A stretch of DNA of 63,184 nucleotides, counting the filler, from Globobulimina sp. (taxonomy: Eukaryota), in assembly GCA_003354225.1 (NCBI GenBank). It is 21 parts of 21 records of this genome, joined end to end, with 100 filler letters (N's around TTAATTAATTAA, not from the genome) between each part and the next. Parts side by side here need not be neighbours in the genome. Positions count along the whole stretch, not along the records: positions 24,131 to 27,044 come from PIVH01004383.1; positions 27,145 to 30,057 come from PIVH01004384.1; positions 30,158 to 33,070 come from PIVH01004385.1; positions 33,171 to 36,083 come from PIVH01004386.1; positions 36,184 to 39,096 come from PIVH01004387.1; 16 more parts are not named here. The stretch is one strand, 5' to 3'. Below are positions 25,295 through 37,077 of this stretch, in pieces. Position numbers and translations under genes: made by a program. The notes under the pieces are model-generated. The model was not told where the DNA came from. It did no database searches and saw nothing but the letters and a program-made list of their open reading frames with translations. How positions within the stretch are numbered: position 1 is the first letter of the stretch; the number at the start of each line of letters is the position of its first letter.

Positions 25295-26626
25295 TCAATC
25301 TTCATCTTCATAAACAATAATCCATCCAGTAACAGGTTGAATTTCTAATGTTTTTGGATCCTGAGAATATCCGATAATTCCCGATATAAATTTCATTTTA
25401 TAATCATATTGTTTCCCATTTGCAGCATCAATATACATTGTTTGGACCGGCGCCGATGACAAACCAATCGGATAAACTTTAATATCATTCCCACTGCCTT
25501 TTGCTTTAACACTTCGTGCATAATCTGCTTTTTTTGTAAACCTTTGACAATAATTATTATCTATAAAATCACCATTATCTCTACAAATATATGGAAATAA
25601 AATATTAAACCATCCCGAAAACCATTCTTTTCGATCATACACAGGGCCACCTCCACTTGTTTGTATTTCACGCGTTGTTACGCCATGTTTTATCATTGAA
25701 TTCCAAAATAAGCCATCAATTTTACCATCAAACGCATCAATAAATCGATCCAATAGCGGCAACAAAGCGGTTTTCCAATTTGCCCCCCATTTCTTATCTA
25801 CTTTGGTCGATAATAATTTATTACTTTTCTCTCTTAATTGAATCCAGTCTTTTTTGCTTCCGCTAAGTGTTATTTTTGGAAAACCGCAAAGTGGATAGCA
25901 TAGGAATTCATATTCAAAATAATTTTTACAAATATCCATCACACAGATTTTATTTGCGATCATGTCGATAATATTACTATCACTAAAATCGGCTTCCATT
26001 AACTTGGTAGTCTCTGCCACTGTGTTCTCATTAATTTGCTGTACGAATTCTTCAATCACAGCATTCCAATCATTATTTCTTTTTTGTTGCCGCAATACAA
26101 AATATCTCGAGTCTCGGACTACGGTCAATTTCATTTTACCATCATGTGTCACATATTTCTCTCTTAATTTTTCCGCATTTTTATCCACATTCACCGCGAT
26201 GGCCTGCAATATTAATAAGAATATATTATTTGGAGATATTTTAAAGGCATAGTGATTGTTAAATGCTTTTAATGCGCCAAGAATAAATGGGGAGATATTG
26301 CTGGTCGAATCATCGATGATTTCTGCATCAAAATCATAAATTGCCTCTAATTCACTCCATTTAATTTTGGATTGAATATCTTGTAATTTGTGTGATTTTA
26401 AAAATGGGCTTTTCTTTGGCAATAATTTTGTTCCCCAATCACTTTTCTTTAAATGTTTGGATGGGTAAAAACTGACCGATCCATCTTCATTCATTTCATG
26501 TTTGCAATCACTAAAATCAACAAACTTATCATACTTTACGTCATCGGCATTTGCTTTTTTCTCATCATTTGCTTTTTTCTCATCATTTGCTTTTTTCTCA
26601 TCATTGTTGCTGGCGTTATTACCCAT
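25295..26626 (-). CDS. DUF4419 family protein with N-myristoylation-like start
   Basis: AFNNHY..ISPN..F...LQ.....NAEKLR, ADFS, YFEY...CGFPKITLSG..DW, SGG...SGW; MGNNAS start; intronless. Confidence 0.85.
   Translation of the reverse strand: MGNNASNNDEKKANDEKKANDEKKANADDVKYDKFVDFSDCKHEMNEDGSVSFYPSKHLKKSDWGTKLLPKKSPFLKSHKLQDIQSKIKWSELEAIYDFDAEIIDDSTSNISPFILGALKAFNNHYAFKISPNNIFLLILQAIAVNVDKNAEKLREKYVTHDGKMKLTVVRDSRYFVLRQQKRNNDWNAVIEEFVQQINENTVAETTKLMEADFSDSNIIDMIANKICVMDICKNYFEYEFLCYPLCGFPKITLSGSKKDWIQLREKSNKLLSTKVDKKWGANWKTALLPLLDRFIDAFDGKIDGLFWNSMIKHGVTTREIQTSGGGPVYDRKEWFSGWFNILFPYICRDNGDFIDNNYCQRFTKKADYARSVKAKGSGNDIKVYPIGLSSAPVQTMYIDAANGKQYDYKMKFISGIIGYSQDPKTLEIQPVTGWIIVYEDED
26547..26606 (-). 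repeat. 18-nt coding tandem repeat (NDEKKA x3)
   Basis: AATGATGAGAAAAAAGCA three times on the minus strand. Confidence 0.9.
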
Positions 26627-27144
26627 TGCACCTAGCTCACCTTTTATATTAAATTAAAGATGACACGTACTTTGCTTTTTTTGCTTGAACGAGATGCAGA
26701 GTACTTGAAAAATGTGTTGATTTGTTGGAAAACCAGCTAGCAAGTTTTTGTTGAAAGTCATCATATCGAATCACACATTTTGCGATAAAAAAAAATACTA
26801 GAATTGACACCCAAAGTCATCATAATATTTTACGATCTAGAATTTTTTTGGTTTCAATAAACAAGAATTTCCTAAAAAAAAAATCTATTTATATTCACTT
26901 GGACCTATATTCACTTGTGATTTAGGATTGGTTAATTTCTCAATAATTTCAGCTATACCATAACCTTGCGTTATCAACTTTATATTTGGTACATGATCGA
27001 ATAATATCATAGGCTATTACTACGTACCTTTTTTTTTTTGTTTGNNNNNNNNNNNNNNNNNNNNNNNNNNNNNNNNNNNNNNNNNNNNTTAATTAATTAA
27101 NNNNNNNNNNNNNNNNNNNNNNNNNNNNNNNNNNNNNNNNNNNN

Positions 27145-30057
27145 CCGAGCACGGACGAATTGATTGAAAAGAAGATATTGTACAAGAAAATCAGCCAAAT
27201 GGCGCCGAGTTTGCAGGGCAATGCCCAGCAGTTACAGAAGGTGATTGGGAAGCGGCCCAGCATCGAAGTGGTGTCACAGAAAGGAATCTTACAATTAACA
27301 GCCACAAACCAAGACGATTTGGATAGGACGCACGTAATCACACACAAAAAGAGCAAGAAACGACACAAAAAGAAACGCGTAAACAAGAAAGCAACCAAAA
27401 AAATGGACAGCAAACACGCGCATTTGAATAAAAAATTGGGCCGCCGCCGCCCCACCATGGTGGATTTGGAGAAGCGCGGCATTGTCCCCAGCGGCTATTT
27501 CGATGACGTAGAGCTGGCCATGACCGATAAGAAGATCCGCAAAGACAATATCATCCACGATTTGGCCTCGCGGCTACAGAGCCGGCCGGAATTCAGCGAG
27601 AATTTCGCCAAAGGACTCATGGCCAAAGCCATGGACGGAATGCAGAAACAAAACGAGATTATCAACAGTGGCAAGGGCGTGCAGGACAAGGCTGTCATTT
27701 CGCAGATATTAACTGCCAAAATCTCTGATCGTATGGGGGTCTCCCAATTGAAGAATAAAAACATATTGTCCTCGTCGTACGACCCCTCGTTGTCGCATAA
27801 ATTGACCGCCAACGCCGACGCCTTGGCCAAGAAGCAATTGTCGCAGACCTTGCAGGAGAAATTGAACGCGGCTCCCACCGCGGATGAGGTCTACGATCAG
27901 GGATACCTCAAATTTAAACGGCATGGCAACCACAGCTTATCTGATACGTACCAACCGGTGGCGGTGGAGCTGGAAGAATTGATTCAACAGCGACCGGATG
28001 AGGCGTATTTAGCCAATATGGGCATATTCGAAGCGCCCCTTAATAAGCAGTTAAATGAGAAAATAAAATCGCGTCCTAGTCGAGGCGCGTTGGAACAGGC
28101 TGGGTATGTCCCGCACGGTGCTTTTGATGACTTGGATGCGGCGGAAAGGGCCAAACATGATCGTGTGCAGAGTATACATGATGAGTTGAACGCGTTTTTT
28201 GAGTATGACCGACCGAGCAAAGAGGAGTTGATCCATAATGGCATATTCAACATGCCACAGAAACGGAGGGATAGTATTGAGATTAAGTCGGAACACACAA
28301 AAACGGACAGTGAGGCTGAGGAGGACCAGGAGGAAGAGGAAGAGGATGGCGATGAGGAAGAGGACATTTATAACTCGCCGGATATCCCGCCGGTGCCTGA
28401 ACGATCGAGTATGTTTCAGCCCAACTCGTATACGGAGATTGTGATGAATTCCATCACATTTCATAATAAGAAGGCTACGGAGCCGAGCTATAGCATTGAT
28501 TTATTGGTCTCGGAGCCGGATTTGAGCGATGATATTATACAGACGTCGACGTTGAGTTTCTTGAATGTGTTGGACAATTTACAGACGATCGTGGATAGAA
28601 AGATTAGCTATGCGGAGGAGAATTTTATCAATAAAATGAATGCGGGGAACGTTGAGTTGAAATCGTTGAAGAATATATTCCGCAGTCTACAAGACCACGG
28701 CTTGTCGGCTGTGGAGCAATTGGATGGGTTTGAGTCGTGTGGCGACGTGGAGGCGGATATTGACAATGTGTGGAAAGAGATTCTAAGCAAACAAGCCAAT
28801 TTGTATAAATTAGACGACGAGTATATGAATTTACACGTTGATATTAAGAAATTGCAGGCTGTGAAGGAGGAGTTACAGGAATATTGCGATACGTACAAGA
28901 TAAAGTTGTCGCAGTTGAAACGCGTGAAGAAGAAGATCAATTTATATATTTTAGATAACAAAATGAGCAAAGACTCGGCCAATGAAGCGATGAAAGCGAC
29001 AGATAGCAATCAGGCGTGGATGATTAGTAAAATTACGAATAAAATCGTACAGTTACAGGCCAAGATAGATTCGTTGAATGCGGAACAGGATCGCGAGGAA
29101 TATGTAACGTGCGAGAGTTTTTTGAACGGTTTGAAGGAGTTTTTAAAAGGGTTGAAAAAATTACGCAAGTCTTCTAATGACAAAATACAACACTTACAAT
29201 GCATTATTGAGAAGTTAAAGCAACAGGAACAAGAAATCATTGATAACATCAAAGAGATTCGACACAAAGCCATTGATAAATTAGCAGAGATCCGCCGGAC
29301 ATATATGCATATTGGCGCAGAGGATGAGGAGGATAAATATGACGAAAGCAGTGATAATGAGTCGGAGAGTGAGGATGAAATCGAATATAGCAACTCGCCG
29401 TTGTCTATGTTAGAATTGATGCATAAACGCGAGAAATATATGACAAAAGTGTACAAAAAAATATCTGATTTGGAATCCCGTGCACAGACTACATCGTCAT
29501 CGGATTATTTACGCGGTTTGACTGAGATAAGGGAGTTGCAAATCATTTTAAATAATCCGCAATTGAAATATTTTTATAATCATTTTGTATCGTATTGCAA
29601 TGAGATATTTAATGACTGCTGTTTGGCCAATCAAGCGATTTTGGAGAATACTGCGGAAATATCGACCCCGTTATTGACTAATTTGAAAGGGATTCAATTG
29701 TTAAATGATGTTTTGAGCAAAAATAAACGGAAGTTGTTGTCTGATGATGAGAATACGATTACACATTTGGAGAATATCGTGGTGCATATTCAATCGTTGC
29801 CGGATCGGGAAGTGGTGATTATGCAAATTGCGCGACATTTGTCCTTGTCGTTGCCGTTTCGCTCATTTATTACTGGGAAGGATAAGATTATTCGCGAGCG
29901 GTTGAAACGGCAGAGATTGCAGCAAGATGTGAAGGAGGAGGAGGAGGAGGAAGAGGAACATCATTTGCTTAAAATTGATAAATTTATAAATAATAAGATT
30001 CGGGAATGGATTGGTTCGATATTGAATATTTATGGGAATAATACCTTTTCTTCGGTG
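27145..30057 (+). CDS. Multi-RPEL-repeat (G-actin-binding) protein with long coiled coil, partial
   Basis: RPSIEVVSQKGIL, RPTMVDLEKRGIV, RPDEAYLANMGIF, RPSRGALEQAGYV, RPSKEELIHNGIF and further degenerate copies. Confidence 0.8.
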
Positions 30058-30157
30058 NNNNNNNNNNNNNNNNNNNNNNNNNNNNNNNNNNNNNNNNNNN
30101 NTTAATTAATTAANNNNNNNNNNNNNNNNNNNNNNNNNNNNNNNNNNNNNNNNNNNN

Positions 30158-30440
30158 AATCATCTGAATTTTCATGTTTGTTCGATATTTCTTCTTCTGC
30201 TTCTGTCGATACCCCCTCCATTGACTTCAATTTAGTTTCCAAAAGTTTAATCATATTTTCACTTTCTTCGAGTGTATATAAGATACTCCTTTTTCTTTTT
30301 TTTAAATCTGTGATACTATCCTGTGCATTCCTTATGTTACCAACAGACCGATTTATTCGATCAATTAATTGCAAATTTTGTTCGGACAAAATGTAAAATC
30401 TATTACATAAGGCAATTATACCTGTATCCTGAGAGTTAAA
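30158..30440 (-). CDS. Coiled-coil protein fragment
   Basis: Heptad-like open frame; no in-frame ATG. Confidence 0.4.
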
Positions 30441-30491
30441 TTGTTTTGCAAGTATACTTAGAGATTATATTGCAATGTCCAACTGAAATAG

Positions 30492-31299
30492 ATTGGGCAG
30501 AAAATAAATAAAGTATTGAAATCTGGAGATAAAATTCGTATTGTTGTTGATTATCCAAATCAAACGGTAACTTTTTATCATAATGAAGCGTTAGCATTTA
30601 CTAAAAACAATCTACCCATTGGAGCGGATAAAAAATATCGTCTTCTTATTGATGGTGATACAGGCTCAACAAATAAATTTACCATATTGAAATCTGAAAG
30701 AAAATCCCCAACAATATTAATTTCATTGAAGTCAATTATAGCAAATGTTAATAAAATGAGTGAAGAACTAAAGAGATTTAATAAAAATGCAGTTTGCAAA
30801 ATGTCTGTTAAAGACTTAGCTTCAATGAAACAGGAAACCGTCGAATTTGAGCAAGAATGTAAGGAATTTGAACAGTGTTATGAGGCTTTTAAGACGGAGG
30901 TGAAACAATTTGCATTTATGTTGGACAATGAGATGAATCCTGATACCAATGATTTTAAAGTTATGTACTTGTACTTGTATGTGAATGCTGTGTGATATAA
31001 ATATATATGTATGTATATAATATGTATAGCAATGGAAATCAGCACAGATATGTCGTTATGTGCTATCATTGGATAATCAACGATTTAGTAATTATATGGA
31101 TGCATTTAGTAAAGCAATTGAAGCACAAGACATTAAAGGAGGAGATTTGCCGGATATAACACCAAATGATTTATTAACAATGGGAGTTAATGTATTTAGA
31201 GATCGTAAAGATTTAGCAAAATATTTTCAAACATTGGCAGCGAATGAAGGAAATGCATTTGATTTAATTAAAAATGAAGGAAATGCTACATATATATGA
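30492..31299 (+). CDS. SPRY-like, coiled-coil and SAM domain protein, 5' incomplete; intron 30960-31029
   Basis: LKSGDKIRIVVDY..TVTFYHN; after splicing, QWKSAQICRYVLSL...IKGGDL..ITPNDL..MGV..FRDRK SAM pattern. Confidence 0.75.
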
Positions 31300-31601
31300 G
31301 TTTGATTTAATTAATACTTTAGAACATGAATAATTTGAAATATGAATACGTTTGAAACTGTATATAGTGCTACTGTACAATAATCAATGATGTTTTGTTG
31401 TTTCCCGAAGCATATTACAAAAATCCTTCAAATAAAAAAATTAACTTCGAACAATGGCTTCTATAGCAATGAACAAACTAAAGTCTAAACTGACGACTCG
31501 TAACCAATTCACAGGCAAAGCAATGGACAGTATGTCATTATTATCATTATATATTCGCAACCAATTTGTAAACAAACCATACACAAATATAAAAAAAAGG
31601 A

Positions 31602-33070
31602 ATGACAAAAGAAAACCTAAGAGAGCTCTTCCAAGGCGATTTAAACTATATGTCTTGGGAGAAAACATACATTCAACGCAGATTCCATCCCGACGAATAT
31701 CTAAAACAATTACGAGAACATCGGCGCGAATTATTTTCCAAACAACGGCAAAACGCCTCCAATACAGACATAAACTATGACGAAATCTTAGAGGAAGAAG
31801 AAACACACGATCTTGAATTGCAACAACGATTCAAACACTTCTCTGAAACCCACAACGGCGACAAAGCCGTCCTAATCTTAGACGTGGACAATACAATGGT
31901 TTACGTCCGCTTCTTCAGCGAAGAGATGCAAATCGGTGACATTGTGACTTATTTCGCGTCAGAATCAGTCACCAAAAACAATGGAAAACTGATCGAAATC
32001 CGACTTACATTGACATTGGATGTCTCGCACAACACTCTCATCGACAAACTCGGCTCAGAGCGCATGACTTGTAATTATTGGGCCAAAACCAACGAATTAT
32101 TGAAAAAATACAAGAAAAAGAACGGCGTCTTCGACTATGCCTTGGACGACGGCCAAACCATTGGCTGCAAGATACGCAAAGTCGAGGTGACGGGGTGCAA
32201 AATATACGTACAAGAGCCTACCGACAACAACACAGACATAGATCGCACGGACACTGCCAATATCATCGAGATAGATTTCACGAACGGCAACGAGAACTTA
32301 TCCAAATTAGAGCCGATGTTAGAACGGCCCGGTATGAGTGCGGTGGACTTTATCTACGAAGGCTTCCTCATCCGATTGCGGCCAAATTTGGACGAGTTCC
32401 TCGAATATTGTGCCGATGACTATGATGTCGTGATTTATACCTCTGCGAATAAGCTAATATATGAGGGAATGCTGCAAGTGTTGCACCAATATGTCAAGGA
32501 TCAGCTAGGTCGGGAAGACGAAGAGGAGCTTAGTTTGTGGAGCGATGTCCTGTATCGCGATGATTGCACACTGGATTATAACGAGCGAGGAAAGCCTTAT
32601 CACCATAAAGATTTGACGCTGTTTGGCTGCGATTTGAGTCGTGTGATAATGATCGATAACTCGCCCATTGTGTGCCGAGGGGAGGAGCCTAATTTCATAC
32701 TCATTCGAGACTATTTTGGTAAGGATAATATGGACGATGAGGTATATAAAATATGTCCGTAACTTACATCCTTGCACTCGCGCACATATACACAGTTAAT
32801 GGAAGTGTACCAGATATTGGACGCCATGGTGGATATCCGTGGCGATGTGAGATATTTCCTATGCGGCTTAGACAGCGACCAGACGGAAAGCATCGACCTA
32901 TCCACGGAGCAAAAGTGCTGGAACTGCACAGAGACTCTCATGCAAGAATTGGACGCCTATTACAGTGAACAGATTGAATTATCGCCCATGACCTCTGGCT
33001 ATTTGACTGAAGAGGATGAGGCATTTATGGATGACTATGACGAGGAGGACATCCCCGATCGAGAAAAGAT
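31602..33070 (+). CDS. FCP/SCP-type HAD (CTD-like) phosphatase, 3' partial; intron 32742-32795
   Basis: LILDVDNT (DxDxT), RPNLDEFL, VVIYTSA...Y, YRDDC, KDL, IMIDNSP, DDE|L. Confidence 0.88.
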
Positions 33071-33435
33071 NNNNNNNNNNNNNNNNNNNNNNNNNNNNNN
33101 NNNNNNNNNNNNNNTTAATTAATTAANNNNNNNNNNNNNNNNNNNNNNNNNNNNNNNNNNNNNNNNNNNNCTACGTACAGCGAGTTAGCACTACGCAAAG
33201 AGATACAAAAATACATTGAGTCAGGCGGGGTGTACATGTCTGTGTTGCTAACAATTAGCAATTGGCACAGTTTTATTGTTAATTGTATTGTTAATTATTG
33301 TTAATTGTACAACGTTGATTGTTAATTGTTTTGTAAATTCACTAAATTGTTGATTGCTTTTTGTAAATTGTTGATTAACGAAGGCGAATTGCTTGAGAAC
33401 GGAAGAACGGAGGCGATGGACCGAGGCGATTGTGC

Positions 33436-35789
33436 TCATTTTGTGTTTTGTATCGTGTACAGTTGAATTAACCGCAAAATAAATTGATACAGAACACGGG
33501 CCGTACCTCTTGCTTTCAAATAGCAGCTAAAGTCGTCCTTTTTCTTCGGTTTCATGCTATGTGGGTCCAAGTTCCAGTCGATCACTTCGGTGAAGGTATG
33601 CAACCGCATCGACACCAATTCATGGTCGTATTGATGTGCTTCTATGTTCAGCGTGCCAGTGCCCACTAGTTTCAATCGCTTGTTACTGCTGCTTATACGC
33701 GGCGAGTTGGTCACATTTATACTCATATTATTGCCGCCAGGCACCGCCGGCAACACGAGGGAGGATTTGCCGTTGCTGTGGCTGTGCATGCTCTGGTTTT
33801 TTGTGTACATGTCGTAGGATAGATTGCCGCTCGTTTTTTTCTCGATGTCGAGCGAGTCTTCCATGTCAAAGCTGCTTTGGCTGTACCCCAAAAGGGGCGA
33901 GGCGCCGATGCTCGGCAAGGACGACAGCGAGCCGCTGTTCCGTTTGTCGCCGTTGAATTGCAGCGCCTGCACGGACAAATTAGCCAATTCGTACAATGTA
34001 CGCGTCGATTTCTTGGGTGTGTGGCTGTAAGATAACCGAAAGATCTTTGCCGAATTGGAAAATATGCCATTATGACTGCTATAGATATATACGTACAAAA
34101 GGTGTGTGCGAGGATGCAATGACATATACGTAACGATGCGGGTTTGCTGTGCAACTCACGCTCACTGCCCAACGACGCAGATCTGTGATGCATTTCTTTG
34201 TGTTGCTTGCGCTTAACTTTCCGCTTCATTTTGCCAGATTTGCGCACGGTTTTGGCCCGCAACGCGCAGGAACTCTCACTGCGCTTCGCCTCCTTATCGC
34301 TGTCTATGTCCATCAGGTCCTCCACCACCTCCATGTCCTCGCAGTCTGTGTCCCGATTCAGATTTAGATCCACCACATCGTCCAATTCCTCGCTGTCCCA
34401 GAACTCAAAGTCGACCTCGCTGCCTACACTCATACTGTCCTCGTCGTCCAAGATGCCTTTAATCAGCTTATCCGTTTGCTGCATCTCTTGCGTGGTGCCC
34501 TTGTTGCTCTTCTCCTTCATCTTGGCCGCATAGTTCTGCAGCTCCTTGTTCTCGTCGTAGCACATTCGACAGACCCGCACCGACTTATTGGTCTTGGTCC
34601 AATGCGGCAGTTTCTGAGTGCTGCACGGCCCACACACCAACCTGCCACAATAGCGGCAATGGTGCCGCCTGTTGATGACAGTGAACTTATGCTCGCATTT
34701 GGTCATCATGCAATGTGTGGTGAAGTCGTCCGGCACCCACAAGGCCGCCGGGCGCCGTTTGCCGCTTTCGATGGTACTGCGCAAAGCCACCACCCTTTCC
34801 ATCTCAAAGTACCACTCCTGTTTCAGGCCCGGGTGGTCTGCGTAGACAATGAAGGACTTTTGCGGCGAATGGATCTCCCAGCACTTGGCGCCGTATTTGA
34901 TGTTTTGCGGGATGTCGCGGATGCGGAAGGACTGATTGATGGGCAGCTGCTGATGGATCTTAATTTGATTGTTGTCGTGGCCGACCTGCTCGCCGTAGAT
35001 CAGCAAGTCGCTGAACAGAATGAAGATGTATGCGATGTCGCGCTTGCGGCAGATTTTGGTCAGTTTGCCCTCTTTGATGAAGTAGCGAGCGGGAGACACC
35101 AAGTCCACGTTTTGCGTGAAGCGCGCCTGGATGTCGCGCACTTTCTGCCGTTGGTCGAACGTCTTCATCTTGTCGTTGATGGTGATGTTGACCTCGTTGA
35201 TCTTCAGCATTGCCTGCTGCAGGTCGCCGTAATCGGGGTGCGCGGCCAGAGTGTGTTTGATTAACTCGCGGAGTAAGAGCGTGTATTTGGTGATGCGTTG
35301 CAAGGGTTTGACGAGGTACGACTTGAGGTCCAAGCCTTTGCATTTGGGGTTGAATTGCGCGGCGTCCACAAACTTCTTGAATTTGGAGGAGCGGATCGAC
35401 AGTTTAGAGACGAGTCCGGCGGCCTGTTCGTGGCTGTTGAGATAGCCTTGGTACATATGGAAGTACGGCGCGAATTGCAAGAACTCGTCGGCTATTTTAG
35501 ACGTGGCGGGGTCCCAATGGTGGTTGTAACGGTGCGAGAGCCCGGCGCTGAATTGGCTGTTCAATTTGATTAAGGCAGGGATGTTGTTGAAGAGTAGGCG
35601 ATGCTGCTCTGCGTTGATGATTGTGTTGGAGTTTAATGGGTTGATGTAGACTTCGGTTAAGATTGTCAGGTCTTTTACATATTGCACTTCGGTTAAGACC
35701 AATTCCTTGATGCAGGCGCCGCGTAGCCGCAAGCGTTTGGCTTCTTTTGCGAGTGCGTTTTGTTTTTCTTTTTCTTCGTCTGCTGCCAT
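33436..35789 (-). CDS. FGD-type RhoGEF (DH-PH-FYVE); intron 34079-34134; 3' end probably spliced beyond the contig
   Basis: ELVLTEVQYV, KPLQRITKY.LLL, AHPDY; PH domain; WVPD...RRHHCRYCG...RVC FYVE. Confidence 0.92.
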
Positions 35790-35934
35790 TATGCAAACGA
35801 AAACTTTTAGCTCAAAAAAAACATAATTACTAAGCTTGGCAAGAAAACAAACCAAACCAAACTCACAAAATTAATCAATGCTATTGAATATTTTAGTCAT
35901 ATTAATATTATATTTTATAAAACTTTGTTGTTAT

Positions 35935-36083
35935 TCAAGCAAATGGACCACCAATGGTATTAACATCAGCGACAATTTCATTATCAATATCATTATTATT
36001 ATTATCATATGCTGGGCCACAGAGAGTATCCACATCAGCGACAATTTCACTATCAATATCATTATCAGATGCTGGGCGACGTA
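35935..36083 (-). CDS. 3' end of a gene with two acidic repeats
   Basis: RRPASDNDIDSEIVADVDTLCGPAYDNNNDIDNEIVADVNTIGGPFA-stop; not in the ORF track. Confidence 0.55.
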
Positions 36084-36183
36084 NNNNNNNNNNNNNNNNN
36101 NNNNNNNNNNNNNNNNNNNNNNNNNNNTTAATTAATTAANNNNNNNNNNNNNNNNNNNNNNNNNNNNNNNNNNNNNNNNNNNN

Positions 36184-37016
36184 TTGTAAATGTTGGCTCC
36201 ATATCGACTCACATACCATCAAAAGATGGTGATTTATTGGTTGGAAAAGGTGAAAGATGTGAATTAAAATCAAATTATCAGTATGAATTTAATAATGTCA
36301 TATTGTCAGAAAACAGTAAATTGACAGTAAAATCATGGAATAAACACAACAAATGCGGCGGCATGTTATTTATAAAATGTTTAAACAAATTTATCTTAGA
36401 AAAGAACAGTAAAATCACATTAAGTTATAAAGGATATAAAGGCGGTTTGGCGACATATCAAGGCGGCTCATATAATAATAATGGCGCGCAGAAATTGAAT
36501 GAATGTAATGACGGCGGTGGAGGCACCGGAATAAGTGGTGGTGGTGCTGGCTACGGGACATTTGGCAGAGATGGTAAATATAGTAATGGAGGACAACAAT
36601 ATGGTGATAATTTATTGACGTCAATGTATATGGGTTCGGGTGGTGGCGCATCTGAGAAATGCAACGGCGGCAATGGTGCTGGATCACTGTGGGTCTATTC
36701 CTTAAACGAGATTGAATTAAAAGAGAACTCATTTATATCTGCAAATGGACAAAATGGTTTTGATGCAAGTTTATTGGACAAAGGTGCTGGTGGTGGCGGG
36801 AGTGGTGGCTCCATATTCATTGAATGTACACAGTTAAAATTATCATCTACCGCAAAAATAACGGCTCATGGTGGTTTAGCTGGGAAAGCTACAAAACCCT
36901 TTGGCTATGATGGTGGTGATGGCGGTGATGGTCGAATATGTATTAAAGTAAAAGGTGTAAATTCAATTGGATATATTCAGAATATTAAGCCTCAGCCCTG
37001 TATTGAATATAGATAA
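36184..37016 (+). CDS. Glycine-rich domain protein, 5' partial
   Basis: GKGYKGG-like, GGGAGYGT.G, MGSGGG, GGGGSGGSIFI, GGDGGDGRI. Confidence 0.75.
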
Positions 37017-37077
37017 CACGTACTGGCTGTTTTTTTTTGTAAAGTTTTCAAGTGTCTCATCAGCTCAAGTTTCAACA

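Noticed and set aside
34476-35264. 262-aa antisense ORF and other overlapping ORFs
   Set aside because: Shadow ORFs produced by GC3-rich codon usage of the real gene on the other strand.
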